A DNA stretch of 61,928 bases, the filler included, from Basidiobolus meristosporus CBS 931.73 (lineage: Eukaryota; Fungi; Basidiobolomycota): assembly GCA_002104905.1 (NCBI GenBank). It is 2 parts of 2 records of this genome, joined end to end, with 100 filler letters (N's around TTAATTAATTAA, not from the genome) between each part and the next. Parts side by side here need not be neighbours in the genome. Positions count along the whole stretch, not along the records: positions 31,285 to 61,928 come from MCFE01000847.1; 1 more part is not named here. One strand, written 5' to 3'. A model generated the notes under the pieces. The model worked only from the letters and a program-made list of their open reading frames with translations, was not told the DNA's origin and did no database searches. This document shows, piece after piece, positions 36,986 to 49,078 of the stretch (positions are counted from its first letter, which is position 1; each line of letters begins with the position of its first letter). A program made the translations under genes and the position numbers.

Positions 36986-37324
36986 TGCGATGACATGAGC
37001 TGAAGATGTAGGTAGTCATCACCACGCTACAACTGAAAATTCTCAATCAATAAAATTCAAATGACATCCTTATATTTGTTGTTACTTATGATTAGCTTTT
37101 TACTTGCACGCACCTGTATCATGATCAGAGCTGCGGGCATTAATATTAGATTTTCGCTTACGTACTAAAATACTCACCCTCAGTCTTTAGCAATGCTGCC
37201 CTCCACCGAAAAAGTTGATATTAGAGAGACTGTCAGACTGCTCAGTGACTGTTAGCATTGTGATATCACCTCTTAAGGTTGCTGCAATCATTTTTTTTGC
37301 AAGCTTTTAGGAACACAATAAAAA

Positions 37325-37406
37325 TAATGAGGGTGGGGTTCGAACCCACGCCTCCGAAGAGACTGCGACCTGAACGCAGCGCCTTAGACCACTCGGCCAC
37401 CTCACC
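37325..37406 (-). tRNA. trnL(CAG): tRNA-Leu(CAG), intronless, G1:U72 variant
   Basis: GGTGAGG acceptor, D-loop GAGTGGTCTAAGG, anticodon stem CTGCG/CGCAG with loop TTCAGGT, long variable arm, GTTCGAA T-loop, A73, then a T5 terminator. Confidence 0.95.
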
Positions 37407-38372
37407 AGCTTATTTTTGGTACAAAGTACGGAGTCAGTCGATGTTAAGTGACATCAACGCGTACAAAGACTACCCAGTAGCCCAAAAGAAAGACAAATCG
37501 CACAACGTGATCAATATTTGAGCAGACAGCAAAAAACTGCGAGAACTCAAACCTCGTCTGTGGGATTAATAAGCAAAAAGACGGCAAGGATATTTGCGGC
37601 TGTAACAAAGGTTACTGCTGGAGAAGAGTAAGTTGCTATGGAATTTCCTGTACAGAAACCGTAATTTACAAGGTATTCAGTGCCATGGGGGAGTAGGGAT
37701 TATCTCGTTTAGCATTGGATATGCAGCAAAGTGCACCAGAGTGGTGTTACATCAATATTCAAAGGTAGCATATAGGTTTCATTCAGTTAGTTTGCACCCT
37801 TACTGACGCTAAAGTCTTCTTGCAGTGGCTCCGAACATCAGACATGCACCAAGGACTCGGACTGCGTTTTTGACAACACTAATTGCGCCAAGAACTTCTA
37901 AGCATCACTATTCCCAACGTCTACTTTTACTTTTTCAGCGGCTATTGCTAGCTTTATACTATAAAGCACTTGGTTGGCATTAAATGCTGATTACTATTTC
38001 GTATATGCACTGTCTCACATAAAGTAAAGTAGCAAACGGCGAGGCACCCAGGTTAAATGAATCTAGCTCGCATAAGGCTAATTGAGTGGGATCGAGAAGG
38101 TGATATAAATCGGGAGTACAAGAAGTCACGCCACTCTAAAGATACTAGGATTAGCACTAGTATGCTCCAGAAAATCATGGTGAGTTCCACAAAATAATGG
38201 AAGAAATTGAAAAAACAATGACTGAAGGGAATGCAAAATACCGATGGTACTCAAACAGCATAGTAATTGTGTGAGTAATGACCTGATTAATCCATGAAAT
38301 ATAAATTAGCAATTTTCCAGCTAACCCATTTTGTATGCTATCAACAGCCCACAAATACGTTATTCGCTCCAC

Positions 38373-38830
38373 ATGCGCTTCATTACTGTAGGCCTTGTCG
38401 CGAATCAAGTTACCGTTGCTGCCCCAATCGGTTGTTCTTCCCAATGCACTCGCGAGTATAGAAGGGTTCATTATCGCAGTTTACCATGTGTACAGTATGC
38501 GAACGATTACTACCAAAACGTTCGAGTTTTACCTGTCTTTAAGACGCCCAATGTCCAATCCCCGTTATTGCGTCAGGTTTTCACTACCGTGATCCGAAAG
38601 CACGATAGCCTGAACATTGCTAATGCCAGCAGAAAGAAAGGCTTCAGTGTCAAGCAGGGCCCAGTCTTGAACTGGAGGGTCGGGACAACGCATTAGAATG
38701 TGCCAAGCAAAAGGACTATAGTTCTTTCTCTCCCTACGTTCTGATGCAGCCCACTCAAGATGTACAGTACACAACCCCAGTAATAGAGACAATGCGTGAA
38801 AGAACAAAATATTCAATACACTCATTGTGC
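38373..38830 (+). pseudogene. B2, degenerate copy of secreted protein B
   Basis: Shortened signal peptide, loop Cys changed to Tyr, frameshift giving a stop at 38696; preceded by the A promoter plus a residual A tail (38030-38150). Confidence 0.8.
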
Positions 38831-40929
38831 TGACAATGGACACAGTGTACCAGTCCAAGAAGAATCGACATTTTACAATACCTCACAATGACACACACGG
38901 GAGAAACGGGGACGCTTTACATTTGGTTGGTGGCAAGGGTGAAATAGTGCTTGCAACATAGCCCGATAGAGAAGCTCAATCAGCGTTGTGCATCAACTAC
39001 CGCATCTGGAAAACTGTTTGAACGCCATTTTCAATGTTTATCTACTCATTCCATCGAACTGTAAATAATTGTACCGATATTTGGGGTCAAAATTCCGTAG
39101 ATGTGATTTTTGGTGTTATTCGTGAGACGCAAAACGACTCATACTACGATTTCTCAAGCAAGGGCTTGAAGCGTGCACACAGGAATGGCACTGTTCTCAC
39201 GTAGTTAGTTATTTCATAGTCAATTAATCTGGTCCGGAGTAGTATATATAATACTGTTATTTTCGTCGATTTCAATATTATGGGATTTGTCCACCAAATG
39301 AGTGAAAATTTTTATCGATTTTTCTCCTATAAATAGGAAGCATCTGTCGTTTGGTATCGTTACGACTGTACTTTACAGGATTATGTATATAGTACATTCC
39401 CAGTCTTTGTTTCCCAACAAAGACACTAAAGATGAGATGTAGTGCGCTGTCCGTAAAGGGAAGTGTGAGCAGTGGCCGATCGGTCTTTCGGGGCCATAGG
39501 ACCTGTTCAGTTGATGAACTTGCCGACTGATTATTCCAACAGCCTGGCGAGGACGGTCTGCACATTCTGACAGCTTGTTTTTACCCAACTATCATTGAAA
39601 AATCAAATCAAAATACCAATCTCTCCCGCTACATATTCATATTGAAAATCAGCAAGCAAAGAAAAGAAAAATTATTAAAATTTTGATTGCAAAATGACAT
39701 ACTTGTTTGATTACGATTACAGTTTTCTGATCATTAAAATCAAATTCATAACTGAATGTTTAAATGGGCACACAACTTTGCATAAAAGTAGGAAAAGAGT
39801 AAGTCGGTAGTCGGACTTTATTGTAGCGGCTACTGGTGACCATCCACTCAGACTTGCCAACCTCTGACTGCTCCAGTGCGCTTGGTTTTCGTTGCTCTGT
39901 TGCCAGCCTCACGCGTTCCCCAAGTCTTTAATAACCTTGCCATCTCACAATTACTTGAAGATGCCAATGTCAACACTAGGCTCCAGAGGACAACGCCCTC
40001 GACATGGATCGAAATCATCAGCAGGGACCCACTACTCAAGCCTTCACCCAACCAGTTCTCCAGAAGCTTGAGCTACAGATAGACGCCACTCTATCCAACT
40101 GCTCACTTGTTCGAAAATCAAAATATAACGAAAGATAGGATGAAGGGGCTAAAAGTTATGGGATTGAGATTATTTATTGTAATGTTTTAATATTTATTAC
40201 CATCGCTTTAAGCTACCTTTACTGTTCCTTAGTAGATCCGTACCACACTCACATACCTCAGGAATGACTGTATGGCGACGTAATGATTTTGGGCAATAGC
40301 TATCTGTGCCGGGGCATAAGGCCAGTGGGGGTGAGTACAGAGAGGCATTGTAATTATCAATCTACTTATCCAGCTTCTAGCTCGATCCCCTAGAACTATA
40401 TATCCCCTAGTACCACAGACACTGGTTCAAAGGTGAGGTCCAAAAGCGTAGGTGTTCTCTTAAAAATATGGCTTTCATTGCTGTATACTACACTCACATC
40501 CCAGTAACCATGGTCTGTGGGTAGACAGATGCGCCAAAGAGAACGCTCAATCCGGAAGAAGAGTGTTTGACACGGTTATTCTGGAGATTGCCGACTTGAT
40601 TCCCCATAGCTCATCTCATAATGGAGAGTGTGGAGTTTGGCTGGCATATTACCGTACTTCTATTTCTCCTCCAAAAAGGCTTCATTGAAATAAATGAACA
40701 AACCTGCGGTGTTATGTACGCAGTGGATTGTAGCCTCGATTCGGGTTTATCATCTCACTACTATGCCAATACTTAACCCAGAGACATGAATGTTCCAGCG
40801 TGAAAGTATGGACTGATGGCCTAACTGAATATTTTGTTGAGAAAGACAATGAACAGCACTTATTGATTCATTGTATACAAAGCATCTGTTTGCAATCTTG
40901 TGAAGACAAAAGTAGTTGCGCATAAACAA

Positions 40930-41173
40930 GTAGAGTCTTGGGATATCGGGTCTTCACTCAAACATGAGAGTATTTTCTATACTTCTACGTGTGTCCAAAT
41001 TTTGGGCTAAATTTTCTGTCTTAGGTAGCTCATATTCCAAGTATCTCTCAACAGGAATATGGCTGGAACTCTCTAAGTGTACAGAAAGCATAACTGCCAC
41101 ATGGTTACTAATAGTAATAGTGCAGATGGTAGATGACTTAATATAAGTGGCATCGTAGTGGCATTGTAGTAAC
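40930..41173. repeat. Highly degenerate Copia-LTR-like remnant
   Basis: Patches resembling the C2 LTR (GAGTCTTGGGATATCGG, TGTGTCCAAATTTTGGGCT); shares GTGTACAGAAAGCATA with ~53707; ends TAGTAACA. Confidence 0.35.
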
Positions 41174-41454
41174 ATTTCCAGGGTATATTTCTATGGGTAA
41201 AGTCTAAGTCGCTACAGACACTACATGGCAGTTGTACACGTATATCTGATCAAAAGCATTTAAAACTCTGCTCTCACGCTATACTTGGACAATCAAAGTA
41301 GCAGTTCGCACATATCTAATAAAGTGCAATGAGCATAACACAGCTGGGTCAAAGGAATGCGGACCGAACTCATTTATTTCACAATGCTTCAGCTAAATAT
41401 CCTTAACAGCAACATCTCCAAGAGTTCACCGGCTACGTAGGCACCAACCAAACC

Positions 41455-41673
41455 CTACGAGATTACCCATGTCTGGCTATCCACGCAGGCGGTTCCCTTT
41501 CTCCCTTCGAGGATCTGCTTGAAAGACAGCTCGCCAGTTCCGGGTCCTCTCCAAGTCCAGCGAATCCCTTTGACTGTGACTGAGGCGTAGTTCCCGTTGT
41601 TAGCTCTCTTGGCTCTGGCAATTTCTTCTCTGACATCAGCAGAGTACAAACGGGCTTCTTGATCGGATACCAT
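41455..41673 (-). CDS. Small orphan protein (72 aa, MVSDQEARLYSADVREEIARAKRANNG...WVIS)
   Basis: ATG in GCCATGG context 55 bp after the AAGGTGATATAAA motif; protein-like composition; single copy, no homology check possible. Confidence 0.5.
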   Translation of the reverse strand: MVSDQEARLYSADVREEIARAKRANNGNYASVTVKGIRWTWRGPGTGELSFKQILEGRKGTACVDSQTWVIS

Positions 41674-43236
41674 GGCTGAGGAAGTGGAGTGCAATAAGTC
41701 TTAAGACTGACAAGCCCACACCTGCTGCTTTATATCACCTTGTCTAGGTGGTGGCTTAGTGTTGTGTAATTATACTCACGGCTGCTTCATGTGCCCTTTT
41801 CTACTAAGTATAGCGGCTTCCCACCTAAAGTGCTGAGTCTTAGGCCAAGCTTGGAGAAATGATCTAGAAATCATGAATGACTACAGTTGAGGCCAAATCT
41901 GCAACTTTACCTGAGGAAACAAGTTTTACAACATGTTCGCTGACAATGATTCAATGAGTAATTGCACGGAAAATATATGAATCACTATCCTTCTCAACAT
42001 ACTTTTCTATTGAATAGCGAGGCAAGGAGCGTAATTAACTTCAATTCTGAGGCCATAGCCCATCGCCAAAATTCACCAACAGAAAGTTAACCCAAAGCCG
42101 TTAGAATCAATACACATAAGTCTCTATGGCCCTGGCTGATGTCTTACCGTACTGGCTAAACACAACCGCGAATAATTCCTTCTTGCCGGCACCGTCTCTA
42201 CGCACCATGCCGGTCATTAGCGACAAGGGTTTGCACCAATCAGCAATGAGTCTGTTCTTGTAATAACAGGTTATATAATAAACCTTCCCAAAAGAATGAC
42301 CGTGGTATTCGGTGGCTGAGCTCTTAATCCGACGCTGTACTCCATCTGTGGCAGGGTGAAGTTAGCAATTGATAAGAGTATGTGTCTAGCAAGAAAACAT
42401 CGCCATCCAAGCCATCGATTGTAGTAGCATAATTAAGTGAACAGTTACATTTGGCTTGTTTCTTGACAAATAACTAATTGAAAACGCGTGTACTACAATA
42501 AGAAATTCCAAAGCAGCCTCAACTATCCAAGGCACTATCCACTCAATATTCCCAACTCTTGGCGAACAGCTAATCAATTTATTCTCGCCTGTACTGTGCT
42601 GTACACCCCATGACAGTCGTATCGTTCACCAATCAGCAACAACCCTAGGTTCTTGTAATAACTGGTTAATTTAATAAGCCTGCCCCAAAGCTTGACTGTG
42701 GTGGCTGCTCTCCAGTTGCGGCAGGGTCAGATCAGCAATATATTTAATCATGTGTACAGCAAGAAAACAGCACTACCAAAGGACAATACCTTCCAGGCAA
42801 TGACAGGACTATTGTAAGAGACACTTGCCTTAAAGATGGAATAAAGATACCAAAAGTGCATGTTAAGCTCACAGGACTACACTGATACAAAGGAGTACCA
42901 AAACCCATTGAAATTGACCGCAACGACCTTGGACTTTCTCGACGGTAACCCTTAAGCTCATTAGTAAAAAATTACCAAAGTCCTTACTAACACGGTTAGT
43001 TATTGCAAAAACTGAGAGAATTTTGAATGATATTAAGGATATCATTGACCAGATCGCCTTCATTCTTCACACTTTGAAGTGCAGCCTATACTATGTAGCC
43101 CTGGTACGAAGAGGTAAAGTAGCAAAGGTTAAATCAATCTAGCTCGCATAAAGCTAGCGCTATGAACAAAGCCTAATTGAGTGGGATCGAGGTGATATAA
43201 ATCGGCAAAATTCGCATGAGACTCCACCAGCCAGTC

Positions 43237-43761
43237 ATGCAGCTTTCCTTCCTCTTGCTAGTTTCCGCCATCGCTTCGTTGCAAGCAATTTCCGCTACCC
43301 CACTCGGTGAATCCCAGGTGGGCTACACCAATGAGCCATGTGTTGGACAACAGGGTGCTTGTTATCAGGACACTTCGGCCCCCAGTCAAGAATACCAGCC
43401 ATCAACTGAGGAGGGGGATGATTCGGAGATGAGTGAGCCAATGCAGACAAGCGAGACTTTGGGTGAGCAGCCAGGATTCTCTGGGTTGCAAGGGTTCGAT
43501 ATTTCAAATTTACAACCATCCCAAGCCTTGTTGGACAACATCAATGGCCATTCCTCCAGTAAAGCCAATGCCCTGTCCAACTCAAACCAGTTCGACCAAG
43601 CGCAAGTCATCGACCAAACCCTGTACCAGCCCAAGCAGCAACAGCCACAAATTATCATCACTCAGCCAGCAGCGCGTGCGCTTAGAGGTGGGTACAAGAA
43701 GTATAAGAGATCTGCTCGTCGCCACTTCAAAGTTAGATATTTCAGTGGAAACAGACATTAA
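43237..43761 (+). CDS. Secreted protein A2 (174 aa)
   Basis: Intact paralog of A1; the ORF-track start 43216 is an extra upstream ATG (CACGAG in A1 vs CATGAG here). Confidence 0.85.
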   Translation: MQLSFLLLVSAIASLQAISATPLGESQVGYTNEPCVGQQGACYQDTSAPSQEYQPSTEEGDDSEMSEPMQTSETLGEQPGFSGLQGFDISNLQPSQALLDNINGHSSSKANALSNSNQFDQAQVIDQTLYQPKQQQPQIIITQPAARALRGGYKKYKRSARRHFKVRYFSGNRH

Positions 43762-44116
43762 GTCTAGTAAAAGTAAATTTACCAAATAAAATGAGCAACA
43801 TATTACTCGGTATACTGATGATGTACAGTACTCAAGAATTTGCTGATATGCACACACGGAAACAGTGGCACTTATCGTTGTACACAATGTCATTGTGAGT
43901 ATTGAAGAGAAGTATGGGCAGCGGTGATAGAGCCATGCATATACACAGAGGCTGTCATTCCAGTACATGCGTTTTATATGTTACAGGTTTCCTCTGCAAA
44001 GTCCATAACAGAATGTAACAAGACTCACTTTATGCCCTCGGCTTAACCTTATTATATAGCCTCCCATGCTATATAGCGGCCTATGCAACTAACTTATTTC
44101 TCAGCTATTCTTCAGC

Positions 44117-44614
44117 ATGCGCTCTACTACCATAACAGTGATTCTAAGCCTTGCCGCTCTTCAAGTTGCCGTTGCTGCCCCAATCGGCTGTTCTTCTCCA
44201 TGCACTCGCGAGTATAGAAGGGTGCATTATCGCAGCTTACCATGTGCACAGTATGCGAGCGGTTGCTACCAAAACGCTCGAGTTTTGCCTGTCGTTAAGA
44301 CGACGAATGTCCAATCCCCGTTATTGCGCCAGGTTTTCACCACGGTGACCAGAAAGCACGATAACCTGAACATTGCTAACGCCAACAGTAATAAAGGCTT
44401 CAATGTCAAGTATCAAGCAGGACCCAGTCTCGAACTGGAGGGTGGGGCCAATGCATTAGAATATGCTAAGCAAAAGGGAGCGGAACACTTGGAAGATAGT
44501 TCTTTCTCTCCCTACGTCCTGATGCAGCCCACCCAAGATATACAATACACAACCCCTGTGGCAGAGATGCAATGCGTAGAAGATTGTCCAGAGCAAAACG
44601 TTCAATACAATTAG
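44117..44614 (+). CDS. Secreted protein B3 (165 aa)
   Basis: Intact paralog of B1. Confidence 0.85.
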   Translation: MRSTTITVILSLAALQVAVAAPIGCSSPCTREYRRVHYRSLPCAQYASGCYQNARVLPVVKTTNVQSPLLRQVFTTVTRKHDNLNIANANSNKGFNVKYQAGPSLELEGGANALEYAKQKGAEHLEDSSFSPYVLMQPTQDIQYTTPVAEMQCVEDCPEQNVQYN

Positions 44615-44983
44615 TGCGATGGCATGAGCTGAAGATGTAGGTAGTCATCACCACGCTACAACTGAAAATTCTCAATCAATAAAATCCAAATGACATTCTT
44701 ATACTTGTTGTTACTTGTGATTAGCTTTTTACTTGCACACACCTGTATCATGATCAGAGCTGCGAGCATTAATATTAGATATTCGCTTACGTACTAACAT
44801 ACTCACCCTCAGTCTTTAGTGATGCTGCCCTCCACCGAAAAGCTTGATATTAGAGAGAATGTCTGGCAGGATACCGGATTGACTTTGGTAACACAAAGAT
44901 TCGAGATTGACAGACTGCCCAGTGACTGTTAGCATTGTGATATTTCCTCTTATCGTTTTTGTGCAAGCTAAGAGTAAAATGGA

Positions 44984-45065
44984 TGATGAGGGTGGGGTTC
45001 GAACCCACGCCTCCGAAGAGACTGCGACCTGAACGCAGCGCCTTAGACCACTCGGCCACCTCACC
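44984..45065 (-). tRNA. trnL(CAG): tRNA-Leu(CAG), intronless, canonical G1:C72
   Basis: Identical to 37325-37406 except C72; T4 run downstream. Confidence 0.97.
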
Positions 45066-45419
45066 AGCTTGTACTTGGTCATTACGAAAGAGTTTGAAAG
45101 CAAATATTCTTGAAGTACTACCTTCGCTCGAAGCAAGCATCATAAAGTATCTTTACCTATTGTTTTGTCGTAATTGTCTAGATGATACTGAGTAGTGAGT
45201 AATGGTCGTTCAAGACACTGTTGTTATCGATGCACAAATGTAAGAGATATGGCTTAGTAATGAATCCAATCCAAGAAAAGTACTACTTTATACCGGATGA
45301 ACCAGACTGTTTAAATCATTTCTGGGTTCTTCCCAAACGTGATTGATATTAAAGTTGCATGTTGTGTGACTTATAAACCAAGAAGGTATAATAACGAATA
45401 TAAAGGCCGTAGAGGAGTG

Positions 45420-45910
45420 TCTACTCAAGATATCCTCTTAGCCAGTGCTTTGATACTTGCATCCTCTTTTGCCGCTCCTCTTGAATGCAACCAACCCAAT
45501 ACTACGGCAACCCCCGAGTATGTAGAGCTATATAAAAACGTAAAGGCGTGTAATGAAGAATTTCTATCTTCATTCTGGACACGAAGTAAGGTTCGCAGAA
45601 TGCGTGAGGATGATCAAGGAGCTTTCTCAAAGCCTAGGTACACAGAGTGGAAGCGTGGCAAAGCGTGTTCTTGATGCAACTAATGGGATTGACGTTTTTT
45701 TTGTCGCCCTGGATCGCTTTTAGAAGACAGAAAAAGCCGGGAGAACTTAAGCCTAGTCTGTGGAGTTACCCAGCAAAAAGGCGGCAATGATATTTGCGGT
45801 TGTAACAAAGATTGCTGCGGGAGAGGAGCCAGTTGGCACGGAACTTCCCGTGCGGAGACAGTAACTTTCAAAGAATTTAGTGGCATGGTGGAGTAGGGAT
45901 TATCTCGTAT
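45420..45910 (+). pseudogene. Possible decayed third secreted-protein gene (C)
   Basis: TATAAA at ~45399, then LLASALILASSFAAPLEC with no ATG; the downstream part aligns with 37525-37700 and the two copies have stops at different positions. Confidence 0.35.
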
Positions 45911-46389
45911 AGTATTGGATATGCAGCACAAAATGGTATTACATCAACAATATACAAGGGCAGCATATAAGTATCATTCGGTCACTCTTACTAACGCTTA
46001 AGTCATGTTGTAGTGGCTCCGAATATCAGACACGTACCAAGGACTCGGACTGTTGCGCCAAGAACATCTAAGCATCACTATCGCCAACGTCGCCTTTCCC
46101 TTTCTTCAGTGTCTACTTCTAGCTTTATACTATAAAGCATCTGGTTGACATTAAATGCTGATTACTATTTCGTGTATGCACTGTCTCACTTACGAGAATC
46201 ACCAGCTAGGCATAAGGATCATTTTTAAGAAATAGCAACACCCAGGCTAAATCAAGAGTGGGATCGAGAAGGTGATATAAAGCGATAGTGTGAGTAATGA
46301 CCTGATATGTCAACGAAAGGTGAGATATGAAATAGCAATTTGTCCAGCCAAGCCTATATACCAGCCCACAAATACGTTATTCACTTCAC

Positions 46390-46823
46390 ATGCGCTCTTT
46401 TACCGTAGCAGTGATTCTAGACCTTGCCGCAATCGGCGGTTACTCTCCATTCACTCGCGAGTATAGAGGGGTTCATTATCGCAGTTTACCATGTGTTTAG
46501 TATGCGAATGGTTGCTACCAAAACGTTCGAGTTTTGCCTATTGTTAAGTCGTCCAATGCTCAATCCCCGTTATTGTGCCAGATTTGACCACGGTGACCAG
46601 AAAGCACAATAACCTGAACATTGCTAATGCCAACAGCAATAAAGGCTTCAATGTCAAGTATCAAGCAGGACCCAGTCTCGAACCGGAGGGTGGGGCCAAC
46701 GCACTGAAATACGCCAAGCAAAAGGGAGCGAAACACCCGGACAATAGCTCTTCGTATCCCTACGTTCTGATGTAGTCCACCCAAGATGTAGCAGAGACCG
46801 AACAAAATGCTCAATACAATTAG
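46390..46823 (+). pseudogene. B4, degenerate copy of secreted protein B
   Basis: Deletion in the signal peptide, TAG at 46498-46500, further indels; the A promoter lies directly upstream with A fully deleted. Confidence 0.85.
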
Positions 46824-47464
46824 TGTGCTGACAATTGCGCCTATCAGATAAATCAACCTAAACTGAGGATATTGGGTAGGCAAAACAAATAAACATTCTT
46901 TGCACGACTACTCTACTCTCACAGTCTCATTGACTATCAATCCATCGCAGATACAGTGTACTGGTCCAAAAAAAATCGACAGACACCAAAGGAATAGGGG
47001 CACTCCACATTTGGTTGGTGGCAAGAGAGAAGTCCAAACAGCGTTGTGTATCAACAACGCATTGAGATACTTTGGGATGTCAGCAAGCTCTTGTGAGCGC
47101 CAGTTTCAACGTTTACATACTTACTCCATCGAACTTTAAAATAAATGTATCAATATTGGGAGGTAAATTGCCGTTTAAGTCAACATACCATTGTATTATT
47201 CGTGAGACGCAAAACGACTCGTACTACGATCTTTCAAGCGTGCACTCAGGAATGGCACTTTGCTTACGTAGTTGGTTAATTCATAGTCAATGTTTGCAGT
47301 CCCGAGCAGTATACAGAATACAGTTATCCAACATTACCCAAGAAACATAGTTTAACTTAGATTATTTACTCAAGATTCAAAAACTCTTAGCTGACTGGCA
47401 GATCTGCTAATTCTGAAGAAATATATTGCTATACATTGCGGGTACAAATCTCTACATTTTGTTT

Positions 47465-48442
47465 CTATGCTACAAGTTCTGGATACTTCACCAAATCTTC
47501 ACTCAGCTTCCAAAGTTGTTGGGCATTAGAGTCATCCAAAGCATAAGGCCGCGCGGTCTCATTGCTAACCTTTGCATCTTCAAGATATGAGCCAGACTGA
47601 TTTACAATCGAGGGGTCAAAGGCAGCAACAATGTGAGTTGCCGCTCCCTGAGGGATGGTTTTCCAAGTAAGGGATTTCAGAACCTCTTCTGACATCCAGG
47701 GCTGGCCATCAGCATCCAGGAAGTTCTCCTTAAATTCGTCGGCGAGATTCAAGTGATTTGCTAAGTTTGTGGATATAACACCAGGGTGAAGACTGAAGGC
47801 CACTAGTCCCTTACTTTTGTAGCGGTTGCTCAACTCCTTTGTAAAGAGAATAATGGCGGTTTTAGACTGACCATAGGCCTGCCATTTTTCGTACGTTCTG
47901 CCGTCGGAAAACCCAGGATCTGCAAAGCGGATTTTGGATATTTGATGGCCTGAGCTAGATACATTAACTACGCGTGGACCTTGGGAGGAAGCCAAGAGCC
48001 GATCTAGTATCAGGTTTGTGAAAAGGAAAGGTGCCAAGTAATTAATCCCAAACTGCGCTTCAAACCCATCCTTTGTTCTACTGTATGGTGCAGCCATGAT
48101 TGCGGCATTGTTGATTAGCACGTCAATAGGCTCGGTATATTCATTCACCTCCTTGGCTGCATCTCGAACCGAATCCAAAGAGGCAAGATCGATCACGAGC
48201 GATCGTAGGTTTGCACTTGGTGTCTCTTGCTTGATTTTCCCAATGGTCTCGTCGAGAGAACTCTGTCTCCTGCCTGCAACGATCACCAGCTTGGCACCGT
48301 ACTTTGCAATTACTCTGGCGGCTTCGGCACCAAGGCCACCCCAAGTAGCACCTGTGATAAGCACAGTTTTTCCCTTGATGCTGTCAGAGAACACCATAGC
48401 GGCCTCCTCAGATGTAGTGTCTTTTCCGAAAGTGTGGGACAT
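47465..48442 (-). CDS. Short-chain dehydrogenase/reductase (classical SDR, retinol dehydrogenase/WWOX-like), 325 aa, intronless
   Basis: TGATWGGLG (TGxxxGxG), NNAA, VSS, YGQSK (YxxxK), HPG; the track start is a GTG, and ATG 48442 has ATCAAAATG context. Confidence 0.93.
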   Translation of the reverse strand: MSHTFGKDTTSEEAAMVFSDSIKGKTVLITGATWGGLGAEAARVIAKYGAKLVIVAGRRQSSLDETIGKIKQETPSANLRSLVIDLASLDSVRDAAKEVNEYTEPIDVLINNAAIMAAPYSRTKDGFEAQFGINYLAPFLFTNLILDRLLASSQGPRVVNVSSSGHQISKIRFADPGFSDGRTYEKWQAYGQSKTAIILFTKELSNRYKSKGLVAFSLHPGVISTNLANHLNLADEFKENFLDADGQPWMSEEVLKSLTWKTIPQGAATHIVAAFDPSIVNQSGSYLEDAKVSNETARPYALDDSNAQQLWKLSEDLVKYPELVA

Positions 48443-49078
48443 TTTGATTGACTCAGTCTTCAGGCGAAGGTGGCAATAAATAGGAGTCACCAAGTGCAGG
48501 CCCATGTGATCATCTTTCTCAGCAGCTTTTTGTGGGTGGTGAGCGGCCACTTAGAATGTAATGTTCCCAATTCGTGGGACATCCGCAGCATTTACTGGAA
48601 GTCTACTTGTGTGCCCAATCACACTCGGATCTGATGGTAATGTCGCGGTATTGGGTATATACATAGGCCACATACAGAAGCTTATCAACATGAACAGTTG
48701 GCAGTCATATCACCCGAAATCCGCAGTAAGGTTACTGACCCAAATTTACGGATAATCAATACCCGAGTTTGTGGAAAATCACAGCCCATGACAAGCTGAC
48801 TATTCCATATGGAGAATGTTTCCGATTGATTGCGGATTGATGTTTAGATCTATGCAAACGTTCCCGTGGTTAAGAGTTTAGCCAGCAAATTTGTTTAGTT
48901 GGCTAATGTGCATATTAATCGTCAATAAACAACTACTAGAGGCAAATGTGAATATCAATCATCATTAAACAGCTACTATATTGCCACGTAGATATCCATT
49001 TTGAAGCCGCGGAAAAATCTATGTAATTGCTAATAAACTCGGATATGCTGTGCCGCTTAACATACCAAATGATATGTA

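Larger units (their letters stand above)
34380..40830 (+). repeat. Segmental duplication block I (upstream region, A1, B1, tRNA, V, deleted A, B2, W, X)
   Basis: Piecewise homology to 42150-47350 and 49430-52950. Confidence 0.8.
42150..47350 (+). repeat. Segmental duplication block II (upstream region, A2, B3, tRNA, C remnant, V, promoter only, B4, W)
   Basis: Collinear with 34900-39250. Confidence 0.8.

Noticed and set aside
37325-37406. CAG-anticodon tRNA as a sign of CUG reassignment (Ser/Ala)
   Set aside because: A73, U33 and G37 with a Leu-type body are standard Leu identity; CUG-Ser tRNAs have G73
47465-48442. Intronless SDR as a bacterial horizontal transfer or part of a biosynthetic cluster
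   Set aside because: The N-terminal FGKDTTSEEA...IKGKTVLITG extension looks like common fungal SDRs, and there are no biosynthetic neighbours; a phylogeny would be needed
48443-48550. 36-aa N-terminal extension of the SDR
   Set aside because: Starts at a GTG; ATG 48442 has good context and a typical fungal SDR N-terminus
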